Shown one piece after another: positions 1 through 11,422 of a stretch of 64,000 nt of DNA. The notes below the pieces were generated by a model. That model saw only the letters and a list, made by a program, of their open reading frames with translations. It was not told the origin of the DNA and ran no database searches. Made by a program: the position numbers and the translations under genes. Numbering within the stretch: the stretch's first letter is position 1; each line of letters opens with the position of its first letter. The stretch is from contig CP145414.1 of the NCBI GenBank assembly GCA_036867785.1, forward strand, positions 620,001 through 684,000. The letters run 5' to 3'. Origin of the DNA: Plasmodiophora brassicae. Taxonomy: Eukaryota.

Positions 1-1438
1 AGGGCGATGGGTCTTTTACGTAAAGACGCCGCTTCGGAAGCTGTCCTTTCGTGCCAAGCATGCGGTGGCCCTATGCGAGTGGCTTCACGGTACGTTCAGT
101 CGCTTGGCACATGGGCGACAGGTCGGCTTATGCCCTTAATGAACAGAGATCCAGCAGACCATCAACCAGTGCAGGCAGGAAGCCGAACTGGCCAATGCAC
201 TGAAGGCGGGAATGGAGGCGGCAAGCGCAGCGGGCGACCGTCCCGTAAAGCCGACGCATCGGAAGAAGCAAAGTCTTCTGTCGACGATCCTTCGAGGGCC
301 CCAGCATCCGCTGGATGCCAAATCGGTCCCGTTGCTGGAGGGCAATGGCGAAGCGAATTCAGCGACGCCGACGACAATGGACATTGCGATGCACCTGTCA
401 CATATTGTCGACCTTCGCGTGGCCGGGTACACCGTCGACCATTGCATCGAGTCGGAGCCGGCCATGAACGTCTTCGTCAAATTCCTGGATGAGTCCGAGG
501 AGCGCTGCCTGCTGGAATGCCTGATCGCCATCGACAAATGCATTGCAACGATACCGATCGATCCAGCTGCTGCCAGACAGCTTGTCGATACGGTCGGAGT
601 CATTGTCGTCCTCGCTCGCTCGCTCTCATGCATCCTTTGCACAGTTTGTATCAAACGGGTCGCCCGATCAATTGCCCCATTTATCGCCGGAGATGGCGTC
701 GGCGATCGAACGCGACGTCCTTGGGCAGGCGAAGATTCCAGTGACGGTGTTCGACGATCTTCGCCGATGGGTCTCGCCGAAGGTCGACCAGCTGTTTGGC
801 AAGCTGAAACGGACGGCACAGTTCCGCGCCATGGTGCAACGAGAGGTTGGCGATACCGATTCCGCCAGCCACGACTTCAACAGTACGCCATGCCGTTATC
901 GCACCATGTTCGGGCTGATCTAATACGGCTGTTACGCATCAGACCCTGTCGATATGGAGCTGGCGTTGCAGATCTCGGTGAAAGGCGAATCGGGCCACCA
1001 GACCTTCGTCCTTGACAGCAAGGCGAACTCGATTACGATTGGACGGGATCCGAGTAACGACGTCATTCTTAGTGATAAGCACGTGTCCAGGTCCCATATC
1101 CGCATTACGTATACGAAGAAACGTACGCGTTGTACCCAACGACTGGCTCTGCTTCCCACCACTGAACAACAACGATGTGATCAGATGCGGAGCTATTCGA
1201 TTTGGGGTCATCAACGGGTGCGACCGTCAACGGCGCCAAGACGCAGCACTGTGCCCTGGTGCCCGGCGACGTCATCGTGATCGGCATAACGTCCATCAAG
1301 TTCGATCTGTACGAATCGCGCGTACGACGCGGCTCCCGATTGGTGTCCGAGATGTTCAGGCGCATGGGCGGCTGGGAGTCGTCCCAGACGAGTCAGGACC
1401 CGCAGGATCGACCCGACAACAATGCGGGTAGTAATTAA
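1..1438 (+). CDS. PH-RGS-FHA multidomain signalling protein, paralog 1 (5' end lies outside the window)
   Basis: Removing GT-AG introns 90-146, 593-644, 883-942 and 1123-1184 gives one frame. It reads: PH C-terminal end (GRWVFYVKTPLRKLSFRAKHAVALCEWLHEIQ), RGS-like region (GYTVDHCIESEPAMNVFVKFLDESEE...FVSNGSPDQLPHLS...VFDDLRRWV), then FHA (ITIGRDPSNDVILSDKHVSRSH...FDLGSSTGATVNG). Colinear with the gene at 33040-35653. Confidence 0.75.
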
Positions 1439-2976
1439 ACACGGCAAGCTTGTCCAGCACCTGCGTCGAAGCGTCCAGCGCGGACTGCCCCACGATACGC
1501 TTGACGGCTGGACGATGGGTCCATCGGTTCGGATTTCGGCTCTCGGCCGGGAACTTGCGGACGGCCCCAGATTTCAAATTGGGCCCCTGTCGTACAGGCA
1601 CTCGTGGAACGCCGCAGGAGGTCATTCATTCCCAATCTACGCAGAGGCACGAGAGAGGACGATTGGACAGCAACCATGAGCGACAAAGGTACGAATACTG
1701 CTAGCCAAGGAAGTGGTGGGACGACATCTGGAGGAGCGGCAAGCGGCCAGAGTGCCGGTCAGGGTCGCGGTGGAGGTGGCGGTACCCATCAGACGTCGGG
1801 TGCTCCGGGTTGCACGGGCGCCGGGTGGCCATCCACAACCGGGAACCCGTCGTTGTCGGTCCGTTGCAGCGCCTGAATGCAGACAGCCGCCTGTTGAATA
1901 CACAACTAGTTCCCGCGTTACATACGTCATTGTACGATGCTTCGGCGTGCTCTTTCACAGGTCGTGATTACCGATGCCGTTTATCTCGTACGTTGTTTCC
2001 TGTAACAGAACGAGGAACCCCCTTGTTGGGTGTAGACCGCTTCGGGTATCGTAACTGGTGCGTGATGAGGACTGGGCATCGCCGATGCTGGGCCAGTTTG
2101 TATCCCTCCGATTTGCTCGTCTCCAACGGATGGAAGGCCACGGTCTACCCCAGCAAACGACCTTCAATATGCAATCGTATATTGCAACCCTCTCTGTGCT
2201 CGTCACGTTCCAGACTCAAGATGTCCATCAAATTTTATGAATGGGTAAGACATGCATTGCCCGAACCTGTCGTACGGGCGGATGTTCCCAACACGCCCAA
2301 CTGGTTGAGCCCCACGCGCTTGACGAGCCAGGGACATGCATGGGAATGGATTCCAGTGGCAGTGCGATCCTCGTGCATCTGCGAATGCCCCCCATGGGCC
2401 AACAGGACGGGACCCGGAATCGGTCTCCCACCTCATGCTTGGGCGCGTTGCAGTGCAGAACGAAACTTAGTATCCTAGCCGGGTGATGAAGACGTGCTGC
2501 AGTACTCCAATATTTCAGCGAACAACGTGGGCTGTTTGAACAGCCACACCGATGACGGGACGAATGTGAATGTGATATGTTTCGATCTCAACGTAAATGG
2601 CGCACTTCACTGTGACGCGTCTGGTTCTCCAGTGCACCAGCTCATGTTGTAAATTCCCGTGCAGGATCGTTGCTTGCAATGGCCGCAGAATTCCTTAGGC
2701 GCTCGCGACCGCTTGGGCTGATCTGCATTCTTGGTTGCTTTGAGAAGCCTGAGCGCATAGCGTCATGGACGGTGCCATCGCCGACCAGATCAGCAATAGG
2801 AGACGCAGGAGGTGTCGGACGAGCCGTGATCGCAACAGTGCCACCTGTGGTACTGCGAAGGGGTGAGGTAGGCGACCGACCCATCGGTGACGCGAGAAGC
2901 CTTTGGGGACCGGGAAGCAACGGTGGAAGCGTGGAGTGCCTGGCTAATGAGACCAGGGTAGGAGCGCGATCGTCAC

Positions 2977-3973
2977 TAGCACGAGCCTTCTGTTCGGCAT
3001 AGCGATACTGGTTCAGATCGTCGGAAGGGAACAGCAATGGGAGCCGCAGCTCTGCGCCCATCTTCAATGGCGCGGTTACGTGTCGTTGCCTGCCGAAGTC
3101 GCTGCCGGTCGTGTTGTGGTAACGACGTCTGAACGGCCTTTGCCTGCCATTTGGTGCGGTACGCCTTCAGCTGAACGTCCGTCTTTCTGAAGCCGTCCAC
3201 ACCATTTGCCAGGCCGTTGAACATACCGGCGATCTAGAAACTGGCATGCGCAGACTTATTTGTCAAAGCGAGCACAGCCCCGTCGAAGCGCGCGTTCAAG
3301 ATCAATGTGCACTGACAGAACTGGAATAGTCTGTTGCAGACGCTGTGCAACGAATTCGGTGCACCCACGTAACGGTGGTAGTGGTTCTGGGCACTTCTCT
3401 TCCAGTGATCTCTTGGTCAGGCGACCGACGCCTTACTGATCCACCGCTGGACGCATATTCGGATAACAGAACCCATTTCGTGTACGCCAACCGGCCAGTG
3501 AGTATGTGTTCAGCGGTGGACCTGTCGCCTGACCAAGAGACCAATGGAAGAGAAGTGTCCGGAACCACAACAACCGTTGCGTGGGTGCGCCGAATTCGTT
3601 GCACAACGTCTGCAACAGGCCATTCCAATTCTGTCAGTGCACACTGATCGTGAACGCGCGCTGTTCGACGGGGTTGTGCTCGCTTTGACAAATGGATCTG
3701 CGCATGCCAGTCTTTCCTATGTTCAAGGGCCTGACAAATGGTGTGGACGTCTTCAGAAAGACGGACAGTCAGCTGAAGGCATACCACACCAAATGGCAGG
3801 CAAAGGCCGTTCAAACGTCGTTACCCTCACACCTCCGGCAGCGACTTCGGCTGGCAACGACACATAACCGCGCCATTGAAGATGGGCGCAACGCTGCCAC
3901 TCCCATTGCTGCTCCCTTCCTCGACCACCTGAACCACCATCGCCACTTCTCCCGCAGAACAGCGGGCGCGTGC
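2977..3973. repeat. Long imperfect inverted repeat (foldback): arms about 2977-3460 and 3500-3973, loop about 39 nt
   Basis: The reverse complement of 3523-3650 aligns almost base-for-base with 3300-3425 (e.g. gtgcactgacagaa, gtgcaacgaattcgg, cacttctcttcca, tctcttggtcaggcgac). Both arms encode near-identical peptides (NGVDxFRKTDxQLKAYxTKWQAKAVQTSLP). Confidence 0.95.
2977..3973. pseudogene. Two head-to-head pseudogenised copies of a transposon-like ORF fragment
   Basis: Reconstructed peptide ...QAIPILSVHTDRERALF...FNGLANGVDVFRKTDSQLKAYHTKWQAK. The left copy has an in-frame TAG near 3235 and the right copy a frameshift near 3715. From memory the motif resembles the C-terminal region of DUF6729-type putative transposon proteins; not verified. 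Confidence 0.4.
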
Positions 3974-4418
3974 TACAGGCTTCGGGCTCCATTATTCGCA
4001 ACTTGACGGTTTGATCTTTCAAGCGGTCCATCTCCGAAGTCCGAAGCCCAGCTGCGTGCTGACAGCTCGGCTGTTGTCCGAAGTCAAGTGCGAGCAAAAA
4101 AATGGAGGATCCGGTAATCGAAACCGGGACCTCGTCGTTGCTAACGACGCGTGATGACCAACTACACCAATCCCCCTGCGGCTGTCCGAGGATCCACTAG
4201 TTGCCAATGATGTTATATTAATCCGTGTGCCTATCGATAACGATAACAGGAGCGCCGAGAAAATTGATATGGCCTGCTCCCTGTTGCCATCTCCGCTTCA
4301 GGTACAGTCTGAGGCCCGGTCGGCGAATTTGACCCCATCTTGTTCGGACAGGTCGACCTGGGGCGATTCCGGGTGTCGCGGATCTGCGCTGCAGACAGAT
4401 ATTACCGATGTGGGGTCG

Positions 4419-7400
4419 ATGACAACAGGCCATGTTCTGCGCGACCTGCAAATCGAGGCCGAACGCGTGCTGCTGTCGCCGACCAGCTCGCAGGGCGAGC
4501 GATGGGGCATCTACAGGCGCCTTATTGCCGCCTTCGACGGCGTCCAGCACTGGTGGTGCCAGCACGGCCACCTGGCCCGATTTCTGTACGGCCATTCTCG
4601 TTGAATCGCTATCAATCCGGCACTAATCGCTGCTGTTTGCCAGGGCCGGCCTGCTTGAGTTCCCTGGATCCGAACCCTGGGAAGCGTTCCAGACGCAGCT
4701 GGCACGATCAACGTGCCTGGCCTGCGTATCGGCGTGGTGTTCGCACGCGAACGCGTTTCTGGTCGGACTATCCCAACGATACGAACAGGATTCCATCGAT
4801 CTACTCGAGGAGCACATGCTCGCTGCAGATGTGTTGCGATTATCTCGCGCTCCTCGGGAGGCGGTCGTCTTCGAGGCCCTGCGACGCGTTCAGTTGCTTC
4901 GAGACGCCGGCCTGTACGACGCGGTCGTCCAGTTACTGCTCGAACGCCTCAGGGAAGCCGGCAGCATGGACGCTGTTATTTCAGACGACTCTGACGGCAG
5001 CCTCCTGCCTGGATCGTTCGTGCTCTGCGTGAGCCCGTTCGCTGTGATTCGCACGCTGGCGCAGAGCCTGGTCAGGTCGCGTGTCATACACGTCCCTGCG
5101 CTGGTCGTCGCGCTTCGAGAGTGTCTACTGCTCGCGAGGCGATTGCCGCCGGCTCGCCACCTGCCTGTACCCGAACGTGGCTCTGCCACTGCATTGTGGA
5201 GTGGCCTCTCCGTACTGCTCTCAGTTATGCCTGACGACGGGTGGCCCGCGTATCTTGATTCAGCGCCTTCCGTTATGCCTAACTTCGTAGAGCAATCGGG
5301 CCTGATCGACACATCTGACCCGGACCGTTGTGCGTTCCTGGCAAGGCGAGAGGATTGTGCCGGTGAAGAAGTCTTCGTCCCAATCATGTCGTGCCTGAGG
5401 TCGGTGCTGTCGAACGTGCCCGATTGTTTCTGGGCGAGCACCACGGTCCCTCCTGTTGTCGTCGACGACGCTCTGCGACATGCCGTTGAGTTTGGGCGTT
5501 CGTCGTCCACGTTGTACCTGTCGGTGTCGGCGGTTTCTGTGATCCCCAGTTGCATTGTCGCGATGCCGCCGACCCTGGTTGAAACACGCGCCGTCTCAGC
5601 ATTGCATTTCCTTGTCCACCACATCGAATCTACTGAACAGAGACGGCTCCAAGATGCTGCACGGTCCTCACTACTTGAATTGCTCTCATTCCTGTTCGAT
5701 TCACGAGGATCTGGCTCACCTGGGCCGGCCCTGAAGGTCGCGTCGCGATGGATCTCTCACGTTGCCGCCCTTGTCACCAGGGACGGTATCGGGCAACAGG
5801 ACGACGTTGTGCGCAACAATGCCAGTATGGTCTTGGCCAGGGCCATTGACGTCAACGGTGTGGCCACTAGTGCCGGATTCAGTGGGAGAGCATCGGCGGC
5901 GACGTTACCTGGAACGCCTGTGATCTGGATCGCGCTGTCGGACGTCCCCGCGGAACAGTTCCCTCCTCTGGTTCATGCGGCGCTTCTTCGTGCGGTTCGC
6001 CAGTGCCTAGCCATGCCTTCGTTCGCGCTACAATTGCAGGTCTCCGCACCCGAGTCCCAGGCATCCATCGATGTCATGTCGCGAATGGCACAGACGTACC
6101 TTGGGCAGGTGGCGACGTTCCCAGATTGCATTAGTGCAGTCACCCGGGACTTTCCATCAGCCATTGGGGACGTGCTGGCGTGCCATCTGTTCTTCCACGA
6201 GTCGTCGTCAGCGTTAAGCAACATCATTCGAATTGCTGCCATGGGCGCCGCCACAGAGTCGCCTGTTCCAGAGTGCCTGGCCGTTCTACTGAAGAGTCAT
6301 GCCGCCGTCATGGGTGAAGCCGTCAACCTATGTGCAACTCTGTGCTCGTCTGACAATGTACACGCCGCGTTGGACCTGCTGATCGGCGCCCGAGGACCAT
6401 ACCTTCTCGACGTGCGCCGCATGCTGTTCTGGATGGACAAGCTGATGTCCTGCTCGATTGAGAATGACAGCAACGAGGTTATCCTTGGAAAGCTCCTCAC
6501 GAAAGACAAAGTATCGAGGTTCTGGTCACTCGTTCGTCGATTGCTGGACACTGGTCCCGACTTATCTGACGTTGACAACTTCGACAGCGCGTTCTCTGCT
6601 GTGTTCGATATTGCCGTCACGATGCTTGACCTGTACAAGTCTGGCTTGATTCCGCCAGATGGCGTTGCACCTGTCGCCGCCAGCGTCCTTCGTTGGCTGG
6701 CTATGCGGGACCGGTTGCCAACTGGTGTTCGCCGACGATGGTTCCGGTTCCTGCGAGCGCTCATGCGGTTGTCGAGCGAGGCGCGCGAGACAATGACGAA
6801 AGGTCTGTCGTCGCACCAGTCCGATGTCAGATGGTATTACAAGGAGGGCGCCACTGAACAGTCCCAGAAGAATTTCCTCGTTCATATCCTTCCCGATCTC
6901 GCGCCGTCGTGGACGGCTTCCAGTCTCCCAACGACATCCGCCCCTGTCGGAGAGCCTTCCATGGCCAAGCCGGTGGCTCTGCCGAGTGCACCGCCACCAC
7001 CGGTGATCGTTCGTAGGAAGCCATCGATGGACTCGACCCTCCTGGACAGGGCGTGGCTTGAAGCAGAGGCCACGAACGGCTGCAGTCGATCGTCCACTGT
7101 CAGCGCTGGCGGCGGTCATCACCAGAGAAACCCGGGTGCCTTTCGAGAGGCGTTCCAGTGGATGCGAGACGATGCCGTCCAGGTCAAGGGCAACAAAGAC
7201 GTGCCGGCGTTAAGCATCAGCGATTCGAAACTACGGATGGTGCAGGCGTCCTTGGCGGAGCAGGCGGCTCAGGCTCGGAAACGGATTGTAAAGAAGAGCT
7301 CGTCGTCAAGCGCAGCGGTCGTGGCAGTACCATCGCCGCCCCGCCCGCCGTTATCCCTGGAATCGCCGAGGCACTTGATCGAACTCGTTCTGGCAACGCA

Positions 7401-10068
7401 TCCTGTCGACCTGTTGGTTCGCCAACCACCGCCGGTGACGAAGGAGCGTCGAAAGGCGAAGGTTCCTACGTCGTTCGAGGCGATCTGGGACTACCGGGAA
7501 CACTTCGGGGCCCTGATTGTCGAAGAATGCCGGGCGTCGATTTCGTCGGATTTCAGCCTTGCCAGTAAGCAGGACGGTCCCATCGTCCTGTGCCCGCAGG
7601 CAATCGACAAGGCGTCCCAGGCGTTGCTGCCGGGGGTTGCCGTCCTGTTCTCGTTCGTAAACGCCTCTGACAAGAGAATGAGCGACTTCGCCGAATCCGA
7701 TATCGCTATAGTTTGGCCTGAGGACCGAGCAGCGTCGTCAACGCCCGACGATTGGTCGTTCGTTCAGTTCGCCTACGTCGAAGGGCGCTCCTCAAATCGC
7801 ATTTCGTTTCGTGTCTCGCGAGCGCCACCCGACCTGACGGAGCCCACCTCGGCGTCATCGACATCGAAGCCACGAAAGTACTCTTGTATTCGTATTGCAT
7901 CTATGACCACCTCTCTTCGCCAAGCTCGAGCCCTGGAAACTGTCGGACGGTTTCGGCTGTCTTCGTCGTTGGTGGTGGCCGCGAATAGTCAACCTCCCGC
8001 TGGGGTTCCACTGACGTCTGCGACATCCGGTTTCGCCGTACCGCCTACATTGAACAAGGTTCAGCAAGAAGCGATCGAGCATTGTTTGACAACGACAAGT
8101 CCGATAGTTCTGCTGCAAGGCCCTCCTGGCACAGGCAAGACCACAGTGATCGTCGCCCTCATCCAAGCGATCCTTGGGCTGTGCTCGGCGCCCGACGAGG
8201 ACGCAGCTGGTGATCGAACAAAGCGCACTGGCTGGCGGAAGGCGTCGTCAAAGAAGGACCTGCCGCATATCCTCCTCTGTGCGCCATCGAATGCGGCAGC
8301 AGATGAACTCAGTTTGTACCTGTGGCCGCATTGTGTAACCCTGAGCGCCTAACGAACGTGACAGCTTGCCGCCTCATCTCGGCCAACATTCAAGGGTTCC
8401 CCAGCGGCAATCCTTTCCCCTTGATCCGTCTGGGTAATAGCGTGAAATCTTCGCACCATATCAGGGCTCTGCTGACCGTGTGTGGCCTCCTCCAGGGAAT
8501 CAAGGTGACAAAACTTCGTCGGCGTATTCGGTTTCTCTGGAGAAGCTGGTTGGCACCGTTGCGGCCACCCGGGTGCGATCCGGAAAGCAGGAAGTCCAGT
8601 CGAAGAACTCGGAGACGGTGAACCGGCCCGAGTCGTCCGTCAAAGTGCTGCGCCAAGAGCTTCTTTCGAAAGCGAACATTGTTGTGTGCACGCTGTCTGG
8701 AAGTGGGAGCCCTCTGCTATCCAACGTCGCGCATGGATTCCACACCGTGATTGTCGATGAGGCCGGCCAGGCCGTTGAACCTGACTCGCTCGTTCCCCTT
8801 CAATACTCGTGCCGCAAGCTGATCCTCGTTGGTGACCCCAAGCAGCTGCCTCCAACGGGTCCAGTATTCACAAGCCGGCAACTGTATTCGTGTACTCATT
8901 CCTGCGTTCTAGTTATATCTCAGGCGGCAGACGCGAAGGGCTTGAGTCGGTCTCTGTTCGAACGGCTTGAACCTGTGTATCCCCCCGTTATGCTCGTCCA
9001 GCAGTATCGCATGCATCCGCAGTACTGTCCACCTCGTTGCTGTCCCAGCTCGTCAATGTACTCAGATCGTATCGCACAGGATTTGCTCTTTCCCCTCGGA
9101 ACAGTTTTATGGAGGTCGCCTCGTCACTGCCATTGACAGGCCGCCTGCTGCGTTCCACGGCGACCCGTTCGTCGTCCCGTATGCCTTCTACGACATTGCC
9201 GGCAATGACTTCCAGGTCGGGTTGTTCACTAGGGGTCGTGATGCCGTCCACGTTCTTAACGTGGAACGATTCAGGTTGGGCAATCTAGAGCCAACAGGAC
9301 GGAGGCCGTCTTCATAGTCAAGCTTCTAGCTCATGTCAACAAGATCTTGCGGGGCCGTGCACAACCGTCGATTGGAGTCATAACGCCATACCAGGCGCAG
9401 GTTCGTGAGGTGTGCCAGCAGGCCGATAAGTTGAACCAGCAGCGACCCGACGTCCGCACCATTGATAGTTTCCAAGGCCAGGAGCGCGACGTTATTGTGT
9501 TCTCGGCCGTTCGTGCCTCGAATGCCGACGATCACGTCAGCGCCGGTCTTGGTGCGTTAGATGCCACCGTTAGCCGCGACGGGTCTGATTGCTTCCCTGC
9601 TTAGGGTTTGTGGCCGACCCGCGTCGACTAAACGTTGCCCTAACGCGGGCGAAGCAGAGCTGCCTCATTGTCGGCTGCGCTGCAACGCTGGCAGCGTCGA
9701 ACCACGTCTGGAGGAATCTCGTCGACGACGCCTACAGACGGTCCGCCGTCTTCCGAGTTGACCCCAAGGTTGACATGCGCGTCTGTATGAATTAGTCGTT
9801 CGCTGAAAGCATCGTGCAGGACCTGGATGGCTTCTTTAGGTCGGCACCTGTTGCCGCCCGGCAGAAGCGAAAACGCCCTGCGAGCGGTAACGAACGACGA
9901 CAGAAGCGGGTCGTCGCTCCGAGCGAGAGCCGGGATCATGGTCGTGCGGCGCCTTCAGCGCCGGTACCGGCACGTATACCAAGGAAGGACCCTGCCGCTC
10001 CGACGTCGTCAGCGACTGCGCGTACCGTGTCCAGCTTCAATCTCGACGATATCCTATCCAGCATGTAA
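4419..10068 (+). CDS. SEN1: Sen1/senataxin-like superfamily 1 RNA/DNA helicase
   Basis: N-terminus with HWWC and CLAC motifs like the Sen1 N-domain. Helicase motifs QGPPGTGKT, ILLCAPSNAAADEL, VIVDEAGQ, LVGDPKQLPPT, SLFERL, QYRMHP, IGVITPYQAQ, TIDSFQGQE and RRLNVALTRAK are spread across exons. Confidence 0.9.
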
Positions 10069-10300
10069 CCACTGTCCATACCTGTCGTTGTGCATTTCCC
10101 AGTCGGTCGATACTATTTCTACGAGTCCATAAGGCGCAGCCCCAATATACAACGTTCGTTCTACCTGCCTACATAGTGTGGCTCGACCGGATGACTCGAC
10201 CCAGGCGCGCCCACCAGTTGTCGAAATATCCATCCTGGGAGATCCCTGACGGCTGGGCACGCGCATGCTGCCAGCCAGTTGCCATTTCGTCGGCGCACGA

Positions 10301-11334
10301 ATGTATGACGTCCTGTTTCTATTGGCGGTATTGGGCATAGCACGTCTATCCGGCGCCGCCACGTACAAACTGACGACGCGGTCGACGACGTACGCGCTGT
10401 CTGGAGCCGTTCCCTTGATCCCCGGCCTATCGTATCAGTCGACGACTTATGCGGTTCGGTACACAACCGATGTCCTCGGCGCGTTAAACGTCGAGCAGAG
10501 GAACGGGTGGGCAGTCAGCTGCACGATCGACATTGCCAAGGCGTGTCGAGTACGGCCAGACCGGCTCGTCTGCGCCACGTACCTGTGGGACCCGCCGGAT
10601 TCGGCCATTGTGTTCTTCGATCTGCTGCCAACTGCAACGGGCAACGCCACCGACGTCGCTAAGGTTTGCTGTGCGTCACCTGGTAGCGCGCGTGTGGTCG
10701 CTCTGACGGGCGTGCCCCCTTCCGGCAGTTCACAGAGACCCTGCAAGCGCAGATACGACTGAAGAACGGCATCCTGCAGAACGCCGGTGTGGCCCCGGGT
10801 CAAACTGTCGTACCGGTGCCATCGTCTGTCAACGTGTGCAGGGATGGGACACTTGTCGACGGGCAGTCCCCCTGTCCGTCACCCGAGGCGGCGGCGTCGG
10901 ACACGCCCCAGATCTCACCGACCGTCATATACGTGATCGGGTTCACGCTCGTCTTCACGATCCTGGCGGTCCTCGTCGTCCTAATTCTCCGCTGGAAATG
11001 GCTGCTGGACGAGATGAGGAGAGCCCGGCCGCAGATGCAAATGCAGCCGGCGTCGCTCGCCATTAACAGCATGAACATTCGCGACCCAGCGACGCGCGCC
11101 GATCATAATACGACGCTGAACACGCGCACCACGACAACGACAACGGCGACGACCACCACGATGGGGACGAAGTCGACCATGGGAACGGGGACGACGTTCT
11201 CCACGTTGACGTCGTTCCTCGGCCTAAGCGGAAGCCAAGGCATTGTATCGTCCCCGTTCAAGAAGAACATCGCCGCGGTCTCTCCATCCGAAGCACCAGC
11301 CAAGCGAAAGTTCATGAAGAACACGACAGGCTGA
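10301..11334 (+). CDS. Predicted type I membrane protein with signal peptide, Cys-containing ectodomain and Thr-rich cytoplasmic tail; function unknown
   Basis: Signal-like MYDVLFLLAVLGIARLSGA, intron about 10664-10728, TM segment VIYVIGFTLVFTILAVLVVLIL followed by RWKW, then a poly-Thr tract. Confidence 0.65.
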
Positions 11335-11422
11335 TCCGGCGTATAATAACAACCCCCGCCATAATATTGGTGACACGACGTTCTGGACGCACGCAAACAA
11401 GCAGCAGCGTCGTTGTCGGGTT

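Noticed and set aside
1880-2640. 222-aa ORF (1810-2478) and neighbouring frames as a gene
   Set aside because: No recognisable motif, weak codon bias and stops in the more protein-like frames. It may be a decayed gene, but I cannot support a call.
4816-10068. Apparent frameshifts in Sen1, ASCC3 and other genes as pseudogenes or programmed frameshifting
   Set aside because: The breaks I checked coincide with 50-65 nt GT...AG introns that restore the frame.
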